Shown: piece by piece, positions 18,192 through 27,999 of the stretch
Position numbering within the stretch: position 1 is the stretch's first letter
How the letters are laid out: every line of letters begins with the position of its first letter
Made by a program: the position numbers and the translations under genes
The notes under the pieces: model-generated
What the model saw: the letters and a program-made list of their open reading frames with translations, nothing else
What the model was told of the DNA's origin: nothing
Databases searched by the model: none
Assembly: GCA_963668315.1 (NCBI GenBank)
Contig: OY764216.1
Span: 1,824,001 to 1,888,000, forward strand
Direction of reading: 5' to 3'
Length of the DNA: 64,000 bases
Source of the DNA: Spirochaetia bacterium
GTDB taxonomy: Bacteria; Spirochaetota; Spirochaetia; DSM-2461

Positions 18192-19260
18192 AGAGCTCGG
18201 CAAAGCGGCGGCCTGGATAGGACGCAAACAGTACAGCAAGGCTATTCGCTTTCTTGAACCGAAAGTTCCCATTTATCTGGAAGACGCGAATTTCTACTAT
18301 CTCCTGGGAAGGGCTCTTTTCATGTCCGGCGATATGGGAGGAGCGAAGTTCTATTTTGAGAGGGGACTGCTGGCAGACAGGGGGCGGACGGATATCAAGC
18401 TCATGCTGGCCCTGACCCATCTGAAGAGAAAAGACTCTGCCGAAGCCGCCAAGACCTGGCTCTCCATCCTCGATGGGGACCCGGGAAACAAAAAAGCGGC
18501 CCGTGGTTTGGAAACGCTCCGCAGAATCGATAACGAGGCAGATCTCAACCGGTATATAGAAGAGGGGAATCACAGGAAAATACTGCCCCCCTTTCGAGTC
18601 CGTCCCAGAAGCATCTGGTTTATCATTCCCCTCGCCGTGCTGCTGCTGGCAGGAGCTCTTGTCTATATTGTTCCCCGTATCGATCTCCCCGAAAGAGAGC
18701 CCCGGCGTGATGAGCTGAACTATATCGATCTGGATATCAAAGGCATTCCCGTAACCGATAATACCGGCTCTTTCCATTATGTCCTGACCGTGGATGAAGT
18801 AAGGGATTCCTACAACCGGGCGATAGAACTTTTTGACAGGGAGAGGGACAATGAGGCCCGGGTGGAGATAAACCGAATTCTCAATTCAAACGCTTCAAAC
18901 GATCTGAAAAGCCGCCTTTCCGTTCTCTCCGGATATCTGGTTAAGCCGGATTATGATAACTTCTATACCGATTTCACCTATGCCCAGATTCACGACGATC
19001 CCCTGCTTTATGAGAATTGCTGGGTTCTCTGGAGGGGCCGGGTCTCCAATCTGACTGTTACCGATGAAAGAATCTCCTTTCTCTTTCTGGTCGGATTTGA
19101 GAACGAGACCTACCTGGAAGGTTCTCTTCCCGCCTATGTGGATTACGGTGTGAAAATCGACCGGGAACTCCCCGTTGAGATCCTCGGGCAGATCGTTCGG
19201 GAAGAGGGCGGACTTGTCCTTAAGGTCGAAACAATCCGTCATATCCTGCCCAAATCATAA
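18175..19260 (+). CDS. TPR protein with one central TM helix and a possible C-terminal OB-like domain
   Basis: N-terminal TPRs; TM WFIIPLAVLLLAGALVYIV; start moved to MRDYGK at 18175. Confidence 0.8.
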   Translation: MRDYGKELGKAAAWIGRKQYSKAIRFLEPKVPIYLEDANFYYLLGRALFMSGDMGGAKFYFERGLLADRGRTDIKLMLALTHLKRKDSAEAAKTWLSILDGDPGNKKAARGLETLRRIDNEADLNRYIEEGNHRKILPPFRVRPRSIWFIIPLAVLLLAGALVYIVPRIDLPEREPRRDELNYIDLDIKGIPVTDNTGSFHYVLTVDEVRDSYNRAIELFDRERDNEARVEINRILNSNASNDLKSRLSVLSGYLVKPDYDNFYTDFTYAQIHDDPLLYENCWVLWRGRVSNLTVTDERISFLFLVGFENETYLEGSLPAYVDYGVKIDRELPVEILGQIVREEGGLVLKVETIRHILPKS

Positions 19261-19275
19261 AAAACGGGATTAATG

Positions 19276-19304
19276 TTCCAAAAAACGTGTATTTCCCCTA
19301 TAAT
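19276..19304 (+). promoter_or_regulatory. Sigma70 promoter of recA
   Basis: TTCCAA-N17-TATAAT. Confidence 0.6.
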
Positions 19305-19352
19305 AGCGGGATAACAGGGAAAAAAGCCCTGTTATAAAGGGCAGGGGTACGC

Positions 19353-20432
19353 ATGAAATCATCGGTTAAAGAAACAAAGCAGGCTACGACGAAAGAGGAA
19401 AAAGAAAAAGCCCTCGACGCGGCTAGGCTTCAGATAGAAAAACAGTTCGGCAAGGGCTCCCTTATGAAAATGGGAGAAAACCGGAATCTGGATATTGAAG
19501 TGATTCCTTCCGGCTCCATCGTTCTTGATGAAGCTCTGGGAGTGGGAGGATATCCCAAGGGGCGTATTCTCGAGATTTACGGACCCGAATCCTCGGGTAA
19601 AACGACCCTGGCTCTTCATGCCATCGCTGAGGCTCAGAAGCAGGGGGGGATTGCCGCCTTTGTTGATGCCGAGCATGCCCTTGATCCGGCCTATGCCGAA
19701 AAACTGGGCGTTAATGTGGCTGATCTGTGGGTCTCCCAGCCCGATACGGGAGAGCAGGCCCTGGAAATCGTGGAGTCCCTTATCCGCTCAGGTGCCGTCG
19801 ATATCGTGGTTGTCGACTCGGTGGCGGCGTTGACTCCCCAGGCAGAGATCGAAGGTGATATGGGAGATTCCCACATGGGGCTCCAGGCCAGGTTGATGAG
19901 CCAGGCTTTGAGAAAGCTCACCGGTATCATCTCCAAATCGGGCTGTTCCCTGATATTTATCAATCAGATCCGTATGAAAATAGGCGTCATGTTCGGGAAT
20001 CCGGAAACTACCACCGGCGGAAATGCTCTGAAATTTTATGCGTCTGTCCGTCTGGATGTGAGAAAAATAGAGACCATGGCCAAAGGTTCGGAAGATCCCA
20101 TAGGAAACCGTATCCGGGTCAAGGTCGTCAAGAACAAAGTGGCTCCGCCATTCAAGAAGGTGGAGATGGAGATCCTTTTCGGTAAGGGAATCTCTTCCGA
20201 AGCCAGTCTGCTCGATTCGGCGCTGGCCCATGAGATTATTCAGAAAAGCGGAAGCTGGTACTCCTATAAAGAGGAAAAGATCGGTCAGGGCCGGGATAGT
20301 GTGAAATCCTTTTTAACGGAGAATCCCGAGGCCGCCGCGGCTATCGAGGCGGAGATCAGGAAAGTGGCATTCCCCGAGAAAAAGAAGGCGGAAGCAAAGA
20401 AAGAAGCCGTCCCCGAAGAAGTGAAGGCCTGA
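19353..20432 (+). CDS. recA: Recombinase RecA
   Basis: [52 protein letters not shown]. Confidence 0.99.
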   Translation: MKSSVKETKQATTKEEKEKALDAARLQIEKQFGKGSLMKMGENRNLDIEVIPSGSIVLDEALGVGGYPKGRILEIYGPESSGKTTLALHAIAEAQKQGGIAAFVDAEHALDPAYAEKLGVNVADLWVSQPDTGEQALEIVESLIRSGAVDIVVVDSVAALTPQAEIEGDMGDSHMGLQARLMSQALRKLTGIISKSGCSLIFINQIRMKIGVMFGNPETTTGGNALKFYASVRLDVRKIETMAKGSEDPIGNRIRVKVVKNKVAPPFKKVEMEILFGKGISSEASLLDSALAHEIIQKSGSWYSYKEEKIGQGRDSVKSFLTENPEAAAAIEAEIRKVAFPEKKKAEAKKEAVPEEVKA

Positions 20433-20437
20433 TTTCA

Positions 20438-20938
20438 TTGGAAACCGTATATATCGGGGCCGGTTCCAATATGGGGGACCGGTTCCAGTCGCTATGTTTT
20501 GCCAGGGAGGAATTATCCCGTCTCCTGGATGATTTCAGGGTTTCCCCTGTCTATGAGACGGCTCCCAGGGATTATCTGGATCAGGACTCTTTTCTCAACT
20601 GCGTTTTTTCAGGTAAAACCGACAGGGAGCCCGAAGCTCTCCTTGATGAACTTTTCGCTCTGGAAAAGGAAGCCGGAAGGGTCAGGAAGGGGGCCATCCC
20701 CAAAGGTCCCCGTGTCCTGGATCTGGATATCCTTCTCTGGGGCGGCCGGACTATCCGGACTTCCCGGCTGACCATTCCCCATCCGGCCATGAGGGAGAGG
20801 GCCTTCGTCCTGATTCCTTTGCTGGCCCTGGAGGAAAACTTGTGCGATCCCGAAACGGACCGGTCTTACGGGCAATATCTCTCCTCTCTGGAGGATCAGA
20901 ATGTGAAACCGGTGGACTTCTCCCGGGGTATGTGGTAA
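20438..20938 (+). CDS. folK: HPPK (6-hydroxymethyl-dihydropterin pyrophosphokinase)
   Basis: GSN.GDR, YETAP, FLN, GPRVLDLDIL, LTIPHP.M.ERAFVL; TTG start. Confidence 0.95.
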   Translation: METVYIGAGSNMGDRFQSLCFAREELSRLLDDFRVSPVYETAPRDYLDQDSFLNCVFSGKTDREPEALLDELFALEKEAGRVRKGAIPKGPRVLDLDILLWGGRTIRTSRLTIPHPAMRERAFVLIPLLALEENLCDPETDRSYGQYLSSLEDQNVKPVDFSRGMW

Positions 20939-20950
20939 AATTCATTCCAG

Positions 20951-23470
20951 ATGAATCCAAAAAAACTCCCCGTTTATAAGGAGCGGGATAAAATCCTTAC
21001 GGCTCTGGAGAAAAATCAGGTCATTATCGTAGAAAGTCCCACCGGTTCGGGGAAAACGACTCAGATCCCTCTCATACTTCATGAAGCCGGCTACACCGAT
21101 CACGGTATTATCGGTATTACCCAGCCCCGGCGTATTGCAACCCTTTCCGTGTCCGATTACATATCCATGCAGCTGGGGATACCCATGCCCGGATTTATCG
21201 GGTACAAGATGCGGTTTGAAGATAAAACCACGGCGGATACCCGCCTGAAAATTATGACCGACGGAACCCTGCTGCAGGAGATGAAGACAGACCCCCTGCT
21301 GAGCCGTTATTCCGTTCTCATGGTGGACGAAGCCCATGAGAGGAGCCTGAATATCGACTTTATCCTCGGGCTTCTGAAAAATATTCTGGCCGAGAGGCCG
21401 GAGTTCAAGGTCATCATATCGAGCGCTACCCTGAATACGGAAGCTTTCAGCCGCTATTATGCCAATGCCCGGATCGTTTCCATCGATACGCCGGTTTATC
21501 CCGTTCAGGTTTATTACGATCCCCCCGCCAAAGAGAATGACGAGGAAGCCCTGGTCGAGAAGATTGTGTCTCTTGTGGAGCGCATAGTGGGGGAGCGGCG
21601 GAAAGGGGATATACTCATTTTCCTTTCCGGGGAGAAGATTATCAAGGACAGCTGTGCGGCTCTGGCCAACTCCCAGGTCCGCCGGCGTCTCCATCTCGTG
21701 CCCCTTTACGGCCGGTTGGGGAAGGATGAGCAGGAGAGGGTTTTCGATAAGACCCCCTTTGGAAAGACGAAGGTCGTCGTCTCCACCAATATTGCCGAAA
21801 CCAGCGTTACCATCGACGGGATTACCACGGTTATCGATTCCGGTCTCTGTAAAATGAATTTCTATAATCCCCGTACTTTTACCAGCTCTCTGGTGGAAAC
21901 TCCTGTTTCGCAGGCGTCCTGTAATCAGCGAAAGGGAAGGGCGGGGCGCACACAGCCGGGAAGCTGCTACCGCCTCTACTCTCCCGGTGATTTTGACCAG
22001 AGGCCTCTGTTTACCCTGGAAGAGATATACCGGACCGATCTGGCCGAAGTCGTTCTCCGAATGGCCGAGCTGGGGATTGAGGATTTCTATAAGTTCGATT
22101 TCATCTCCTCTCCCGGTGAGAAGGGAATCCGGGGAGCGATTGAGACGCTACAGCTCCTCGATGCTCTTGATGAGAATATGCATGTAACCCCCACGGGAAC
22201 GAAAATGCTCTATTTTCCTTTGATGCCCCGCCATGCGCGCATGATCATAGAAGCGGTTCTGAGGTACCCCGATGTCATCCGGGAAGTGCTTATTGCCACC
22301 TCTTTTCTTTCTACCAATTCTCCTTTTCTGCTGCCCCAGGGGGAAGAGATGGAAGCCCGGCGGGCCCATCACTCCTTCAGCGATCAGAACGGGGATTTCG
22401 TCTCCTACCTGCGGCTCTTCCAGGCCTTTGAAAGCACGGCGGACAAAGGAAGGTTCTGTGAACGATACTATCTGGATGAAAAAGCCATGCGGGAAATTCT
22501 GAATATAGAGGATCAGCTCGAAAGCATCGTCGGCGATACTCTGGGTGTTCCCGTCTCCTCAGGAGGTTCGGTGGAGGATTTTCTCTGTTCCTGCGCCAGG
22601 GGGCTTATTCAGTTCATCTGTATCAAATCGGGCAACCGGGACTACCGGAGCCTGACGACGGACAAGATAATCATTCATCCCGGTTCGGTCATGTTCAAGG
22701 AGCATATGCCCTTTATGATGGCCGGTGAAATCGTCCGCACAAGCCGCATGTATGCCCGAAGCGTCTCTCCCCTGAAAAAGGAGTGGCTCAGGAGAATTGA
22801 TCCGGAACTGGGCAACAGGCTTATGGATCTTGTGGACGGCAGGAGCGGGAAGGGCCGCCAGTCCAAAGAGGGACGAAGGGGAGAGGAGCGCAGTACCGGT
22901 AAGGACACGACAAATAATCTTTATGTCGGCCAGACGGCTTTTCCCGTTATCCGCACGAAGAAGAAAAAGAAAGCCGTGCTTTTTGACTGGCAGAAGCTGT
23001 ATCAGGCTCTTTCCACATTAAAACCCGATGAAATACCCGATTATCAGAATCTGCGCGGGGTTCTGAGCCTTGACGGTATGGAGGTTATTCCCGATGGCCG
23101 GGTGAATATGATTTTTACCGTGGTCAGAACCCTCAATCCGAAAAAGGACAGTATCCAGGGGGTTCCGGGAAAGAACTATGATGTTCAGAACCCCTCGCAT
23201 ATGAAGGATCTTTCCGAAATGCTGGACGATATTCTCAAACTCGTTATGAGCGGTAAGAGGAAAAAACGGTCCGTCGGCTTCCTGAGTCTCCAGACCGATG
23301 GGGAGCGGTATTACTGGTTTAAAAGCTCCCGCAGTTTTAATCAGGCTCTTAATGAATCCCTGGAGAGTCTGGAAAGTCTGGCCGATCTCATGCCGGAGAA
23401 TTCCGAAGATAATTTATGGGATCAGGTAAACAGCAGTTATCGGCGACTTGACGGATTATATACCTATTAA
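20951..23470 (+). CDS. hrpA: ATP-dependent DEAH-box RNA helicase HrpA
   Basis: PTGSGKTTQ, TQPRRIA, TDGTLL, DEAHER, SAT, TNIAETS, QRKGRAGR. Confidence 0.95.
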   Translation: MNPKKLPVYKERDKILTALEKNQVIIVESPTGSGKTTQIPLILHEAGYTDHGIIGITQPRRIATLSVSDYISMQLGIPMPGFIGYKMRFEDKTTADTRLKIMTDGTLLQEMKTDPLLSRYSVLMVDEAHERSLNIDFILGLLKNILAERPEFKVIISSATLNTEAFSRYYANARIVSIDTPVYPVQVYYDPPAKENDEEALVEKIVSLVERIVGERRKGDILIFLSGEKIIKDSCAALANSQVRRRLHLVPLYGRLGKDEQERVFDKTPFGKTKVVVSTNIAETSVTIDGITTVIDSGLCKMNFYNPRTFTSSLVETPVSQASCNQRKGRAGRTQPGSCYRLYSPGDFDQRPLFTLEEIYRTDLAEVVLRMAELGIEDFYKFDFISSPGEKGIRGAIETLQLLDALDENMHVTPTGTKMLYFPLMPRHARMIIEAVLRYPDVIREVLIATSFLSTNSPFLLPQGEEMEARRAHHSFSDQNGDFVSYLRLFQAFESTADKGRFCERYYLDEKAMREILNIEDQLESIVGDTLGVPVSSGGSVEDFLCSCARGLIQFICIKSGNRDYRSLTTDKIIIHPGSVMFKEHMPFMMAGEIVRTSRMYARSVSPLKKEWLRRIDPELGNRLMDLVDGRSGKGRQSKEGRRGEERSTGKDTTNNLYVGQTAFPVIRTKKKKKAVLFDWQKLYQALSTLKPDEIPDYQNLRGVLSLDGMEVIPDGRVNMIFTVVRTLNPKKDSIQGVPGKNYDVQNPSHMKDLSEMLDDILKLVMSGKRKKRSVGFLSLQTDGERYYWFKSSRSFNQALNESLESLESLADLMPENSEDNLWDQVNSSYRRLDGLYTY

Positions 23471-23476
23471 ACCGGT

Positions 23477-23497
23477 GAGGGCCTGACTCAGGCCCTC
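23477..23497. terminator. Perfect inverted repeat after hrpA (probable terminator)
   Basis: GAGGGCCTGA-C-TCAGGCCCTC. Confidence 0.55.
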
Positions 23498-23624
23498 CGG
23501 GGAGCCTCTTTTTGGCATTTTTCCGAAATAAGTATAAATGTACTACTGTGTATTTATGAAAATCTGCGCTATCCTTTTCTATAAAAGAAACCAACCATAA
23601 TTCACTGAGGAAGGAGGATAGAAG

Positions 23625-24419
23625 ATGGATGCCTGTTTTGCCATCGTATTCTGCGGAGTAAGTTTGTCTCTGGGGCTGGGGATTGTTTCGCTCTTTTTTG
23701 CTTTTCTGATGGATCGGAGAGATCCGCTGCCGCTGATGACATCTCTCCTGTGCCGCACCGTAAACGTTATGGTATTACTGATTTTTCTCTGCCGTATTAT
23801 TGAAAAAGGGCTGGGCATAAGAAAGCTGCCCCTAATCGTTCCTCTATCCCCGGGTATCGAAACAATTATTCATACGGTCAATCCCGGATTTATCCTTCTG
23901 GTTTTTCTTATCAGCAACCTATTGGCCTACCATATGGGCCATCTGGATGAAACCCGTTTTGCTTCATCCTTTTGTGTGATGACTGTCCTGGGACTATATC
24001 TTTTTTTCACGGGGGGAACCCCTTATTATGGCATCGCTTTATGTCTTTTTCTTAATCTGATCTGGGTTTTTCTCTTTATGATCTGCCGCCGTTTATCCCA
24101 TGGGCATGAAACGGTCAAAAAACATTTTGAGAGCATAATAGACCGTCAGAAAGAAGAGATGGAGCAGCTGGAAATACAGATTCGTTCCTTGAAAAGGCCT
24201 CGTTATTATGGGGATATACGCTTATCGCGGGCAGAGAGGGAATTGCTTGATACTGTGCGAACTCTGAAAACCATTAATACCAAGGAGCTGGCATGCCATA
24301 TGTTCCGGGCGGAATCAACCATAGGTAACAGCATATACAATATAAGAAGAAAACTGGATATGACCAGCCGTGCCGATCTCTTTGCCTATGTGATGATGAA
24401 TATTCCGGAAGAAACCTGA
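23625..24419 (+). CDS. Membrane protein with C-terminal LuxR-type HTH
   Basis: About 5 TM segments, coiled coil, LSRAERELL..KELA..ESTI.N.I.NIRRKL..SRADL; AAGGAGG SD. Confidence 0.8.
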   Translation: MDACFAIVFCGVSLSLGLGIVSLFFAFLMDRRDPLPLMTSLLCRTVNVMVLLIFLCRIIEKGLGIRKLPLIVPLSPGIETIIHTVNPGFILLVFLISNLLAYHMGHLDETRFASSFCVMTVLGLYLFFTGGTPYYGIALCLFLNLIWVFLFMICRRLSHGHETVKKHFESIIDRQKEEMEQLEIQIRSLKRPRYYGDIRLSRAERELLDTVRTLKTINTKELACHMFRAESTIGNSIYNIRRKLDMTSRADLFAYVMMNIPEET

Positions 24420-24449
24420 GAGGACCGGAAATATTAGAACCTCCCTCTC

Positions 24450-24478
24450 TTTACACAAACGGTAATTTTTAATAAAAT
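24450..24478 (+). promoter_or_regulatory. Sigma70 promoter of rpoZ-miaA
   Basis: TTTACA-N17-TAAAAT. Confidence 0.65.
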
Positions 24479-24538
24479 ATGTATTTGCAAGTTATCAATA
24501 GCCCTTCCAAAAGGGGCTGCTAATACAAGAGGTTATTA

Positions 24539-24748
24539 ATGGGTTCCAAAAAAGAGTTTTCCGTTCCCCTGGGTGAGATGGTCGATAGCGAACTGAATGT
24601 TTATGAGCTGACGAATGCGGCCATAAAAAGGGCGGAGCAGCTGAGCCTTACTAAAATGGATGAGATGACCAAGAATAAGGCTAAAGTATCTTCTGCCGCC
24701 ATCAGAGAAGTCGTAACCAAAGAAGTTGGGTACAGCTACAACAAATAA
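24539..24748 (+). CDS. rpoZ: RNA polymerase omega subunit
   Basis: N.YELT.AAIKRAEQL..K..S.AIREV. Confidence 0.85.
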   Translation: MGSKKEFSVPLGEMVDSELNVYELTNAAIKRAEQLSLTKMDEMTKNKAKVSSAAIREVVTKEVGYSYNK

Positions 24749-25682
24749 AATCCCCCTGATCCTTCTTTTCGGCCCCACGGCAGTAGGCAAGACCGATCTG
24801 GTTCTTGAACTTTTCCGGGGCCGGGGAGAGATCATTAATGTAGATTCCGTGCAGGTATACAGAAAACTTGACATCGGAAGCGCCAAACCAGACAAATCCT
24901 ATCTGGAAAAATTACCCCATCATCTTATCGATATAAGAGATGTTCATGAACAGTTTAATACGGCGGATTTTATCCGGTTGGCCGATGAAGCCGCAGCCGA
25001 TATCGCCGGAAGGGGTCTGATACCCGTTCTGACGGGAGGTACGGCCTTCTATTTTAAAAATTTCTGTATCGGCCTCGCGCAGGGGGCCCCTCCCGGCGAT
25101 CCTGCTATAAGGGAAAAGCTGGAACGAGAGCGCCTGGAAAGGGGAATACAGACCCTCTGGACAGAACTGGAGAAGGCAGATCCCGTCTATGCCGGGAAAA
25201 TCCATGTTAATGACGAATTGCGTATTATGAGAGCTCTGGAAGTATTCCGGCAGACCGGCAGGCCCCTTTCCTCCTTCGGTCAGGATGACAAATTTCGTGA
25301 CCAATACGAATATTGTCTTATCGGACTGACCAGGGAGAGGGAGGAGCTGTACCGCAGAATAGACAGACGTGTGGATATCATGATGGAAAGCGGTCTGCCC
25401 GGTGAAGTCAAGGCTCTGGCGGAAGCGGGATTGACGGGGAAAGAACCCGGACTTGACGCCATCGGATACAGAGAGTTTTTTGAGATGAAGGAACGGGGAT
25501 GCATGACGCTGAGCGATACGGCAGACCGTATTCGCCGTAACAGCAGGCGCTACGCAAAACGGCAGCTGACCTTTTTTCATAGCCTTCCCGGAGTCAGTTG
25601 GTTTCATCCGGAAAAAAAGAAAGAAATTTCCCTTTTCATTGATAGTTTTCTCAGTAAACATTCCGTTTCCCTATTGACCTAA
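24726..25682 (+). CDS. miaA: tRNA dimethylallyltransferase
   Basis: GPTAVGKT, DSVQVY..DIGSAKP, PHHLID, GGTAFY, RALEV, AIGY.E, RYAKRQ.T. Confidence 0.97.
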   Translation: MGTATTNKIPLILLFGPTAVGKTDLVLELFRGRGEIINVDSVQVYRKLDIGSAKPDKSYLEKLPHHLIDIRDVHEQFNTADFIRLADEAAADIAGRGLIPVLTGGTAFYFKNFCIGLAQGAPPGDPAIREKLERERLERGIQTLWTELEKADPVYAGKIHVNDELRIMRALEVFRQTGRPLSSFGQDDKFRDQYEYCLIGLTREREELYRRIDRRVDIMMESGLPGEVKALAEAGLTGKEPGLDAIGYREFFEMKERGCMTLSDTADRIRRNSRRYAKRQLTFFHSLPGVSWFHPEKKKEISLFIDSFLSKHSVSLLT

Positions 25683-25702
25683 ACGGAGAGAATGGACATA
25701 AT
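25674..25702 (+). promoter_or_regulatory. Sigma70 promoter of the small bS22-like gene
   Basis: TTGACC-N17-CATAAT. Confidence 0.7.
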
Positions 25703-25754
25703 TACCTCTGCTGTAATAAGGTAATCATTTAAATTATAGATAAGGAGTCTTTCA

Positions 25755-25844
25755 GTGCCCTGCGGAAGAAAGCGTAAAAGAAAAAAGATAGCTACCCACA
25801 AAAGAAAAAAGAAACTGAGAAAGAATAGACATAAGCATAAATAG
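25755..25844 (+). CDS. Small ribosomal protein bS22/mS38 (AURKAIP1/COX24 family), 29 aa; absent from ORF track
   Basis: GTG start after TAAGGAG; translates MPCGRKRKRKKIATHKRKKKLRKNRHKHK. Confidence 0.9.
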   Translation: MPCGRKRKRKKIATHKRKKKLRKNRHKHK

Positions 25845-25962
25845 TCGCTGATTTTTTCAGTATAGGATTGCTATCACATGAAAAGCCGGTGTATTTTATA
25901 TCCGCCGGCGAAATGGTTTTTATCTACCGGTTGTATTGGAAACCGGTCGTTCGGAGCTAAAC

Positions 25963-25994
25963 AAAGGCGGTATTGACATAATGCCGCTTTTTTT
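25963..25994 (+). terminator. Intrinsic terminator
   Basis: AAAGGCGGTATT/AATGCCGCTTTT stem plus T-run. Confidence 0.75.
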
Positions 25995-26036
25995 GTGCCC
26001 GGAATTGTGTTATAATGGAATAATCTTGATTTAAGG

Positions 26037-27986
26037 ATGTGTTCTGGAGTGGGAAATTCCCAGTTGGAAAAGATTAATAGCCCGAAGGATCTGAAGAATT
26101 TATCCTTCGCCGAGCTAAACGATCTGTCCCGGGAGATACGGGATTTAATTATACAGACAACAAAGAAGAACGGCGGTCATCTGGCTTCGAATCTGGGAGT
26201 CGTGGAGCTGACTCTGGCTCTGCACCGTGTTTTTGAGAGCCCCTCGGATAAGATTGTGTGGGATGTGGGGCATCAGGCCTATACCCATAAGATCCTTACG
26301 GGCCGGAGGGAGTCCTTCGGCGGACTGCGCGTAATGGGAGGGCTTGCCGGTTTTCCCAGACGGGAAGAGAGCCCCCATGATATTACCGATCCCGGCCATG
26401 CCTCTACATCCATCTCCTCGGGTATAGGAATCAAGAAAGGTCTGGACCTGTCCGGTGATAAGGGACGTGTCGTGTCCGTTATCGGCGACGGCGCCCTCAC
26501 GGGCGGACTGGCCCTTGAAGCTTTGAATTTTACCGGTCATATTCCCAATAACCTTATCATTATTCTCAATGACAATTATATGTCCATCGATAAGAATGTA
26601 GGAGCCATATCCTCCTATCTTTCCCGGATAGCCGCAGCTGCCGGCTACCTCCACTTTTCCCAGACCTTTGACCGGATCGTTTTTCGCATCCCTCTGATCG
26701 GTAAGCCCTTTTTCAAGTTTTACAGCCGTTTGAAGAAAGGGGTAAAGAGTCTTTTTTACCGGGACGGCCTCTTTACTGAGCTCGGTTTCAAATATATCGG
26801 CCCCATAGACGGGCACAATATTCCCCTGATGGAGAAAGTATTCACCCGGGCTAGAGAGGTGAATCGGCCGGTTGTCATTCATGTTAAGACTATTAAGGGA
26901 AAAGGTTCGCAGCTCGCCGAGGGTGATCCGTCATCCTATCACGGAGTGTCCCCCCTTCCTCCTGCCGGAGAGGAGGCCGCCGCTCCTGCCGGAATTAAGC
27001 TTACATCCGCCTTTTCTTCGGCTCTTGTAAAAGCCGCCGCCGGAGATGAGAATATCGTGGCCATCACGGCGGCTATGAAAGAGGGGACGGGGCTGAGTGA
27101 GTTTCAGAGCCGCTTTCCCGAACGTTTTTTTGATGTGGGTATAGCCGAAGGTCATGGCGTGACCTTTGCCGCCGGTCTCGCTATTACCGGGCGGAGACCG
27201 GTGGTGGCGATCTATTCGACATTTATGCAGCGCGTGGTGGACCAGGTTATTCATGATGTGGCGATTCCCGGGCTGCCCGTTATCTTTGTTCTGGACAGGG
27301 CCGGGTTTATTCCGGGGGACGGGGAGACTCACCAGGGGCTGTTTGATCTGGCCCTTTTCCGCAGTGTGCCCGGACTGGATATCCTGGCTCCCGTGTCCGC
27401 GCTGGAAATTGAGCGGGCCTTTGAGTGGGCCGTGAAGCAGAATCATCCGGTGATGATCCGCTATTCCAAGACTGTCAGTCCTGAGGAACTGCCCGCCTAC
27501 CATGAACCCTTTGAGAAAGGCAGGGGGGTATTTCTGGTGAAAAGGGAGCAGCCCTCTCCCATTCTTCTTCTGAATCTGGGTGGGCTGGTTGATAAGGTTC
27601 TGGATGCTTCTGAGCGCCTGGCCGGAGAAGCCGTCTATTCCGATGTGTATAACCTGCGTTTTGCCACTTCTCTCGATGAGAAGGCTCTGCTGGCTCTCTT
27701 TGAGAATTATGAACTCGTGGTTTTTGTTGAGGAAGGAGTCAAAAGGGGCGGAGTAGGCGAGAGTCTGGCCGGAATGATTCTGGAGGCTGAGAAGAGCGTT
27801 AATCTTCTGGACCTTTCCGCTCCCAATGTTTTCCCTCCCGCTGCGACCAGGGATGAACTTATCGCCCTCTATCGGCTGGACGGCCAGGGGATCTTTGAAA
27901 GGGTTCTGGAAAAATGGCAGAGCTTCCGGTTCCGTAAAGTGGTCGATCAGGTTAAGAACGACTCCTGGGAACCGAAGAAAATCTGA
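26037..27986 (+). CDS. dxs: 1-deoxy-D-xylulose-5-phosphate synthase
   Basis: GGHLASNLG, WDVGHQAY.HK, GDGALTGG..NDN, DVGIAE.H, YSTF.QR, DGETHQG. Confidence 0.97.
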   Translation: MCSGVGNSQLEKINSPKDLKNLSFAELNDLSREIRDLIIQTTKKNGGHLASNLGVVELTLALHRVFESPSDKIVWDVGHQAYTHKILTGRRESFGGLRVMGGLAGFPRREESPHDITDPGHASTSISSGIGIKKGLDLSGDKGRVVSVIGDGALTGGLALEALNFTGHIPNNLIIILNDNYMSIDKNVGAISSYLSRIAAAAGYLHFSQTFDRIVFRIPLIGKPFFKFYSRLKKGVKSLFYRDGLFTELGFKYIGPIDGHNIPLMEKVFTRAREVNRPVVIHVKTIKGKGSQLAEGDPSSYHGVSPLPPAGEEAAAPAGIKLTSAFSSALVKAAAGDENIVAITAAMKEGTGLSEFQSRFPERFFDVGIAEGHGVTFAAGLAITGRRPVVAIYSTFMQRVVDQVIHDVAIPGLPVIFVLDRAGFIPGDGETHQGLFDLALFRSVPGLDILAPVSALEIERAFEWAVKQNHPVMIRYSKTVSPEELPAYHEPFEKGRGVFLVKREQPSPILLLNLGGLVDKVLDASERLAGEAVYSDVYNLRFATSLDEKALLALFENYELVVFVEEGVKRGGVGESLAGMILEAEKSVNLLDLSAPNVFPPAATRDELIALYRLDGQGIFERVLEKWQSFRFRKVVDQVKNDSWEPKKI

Positions 27987-27999
27987 GCCGGATCATAAA

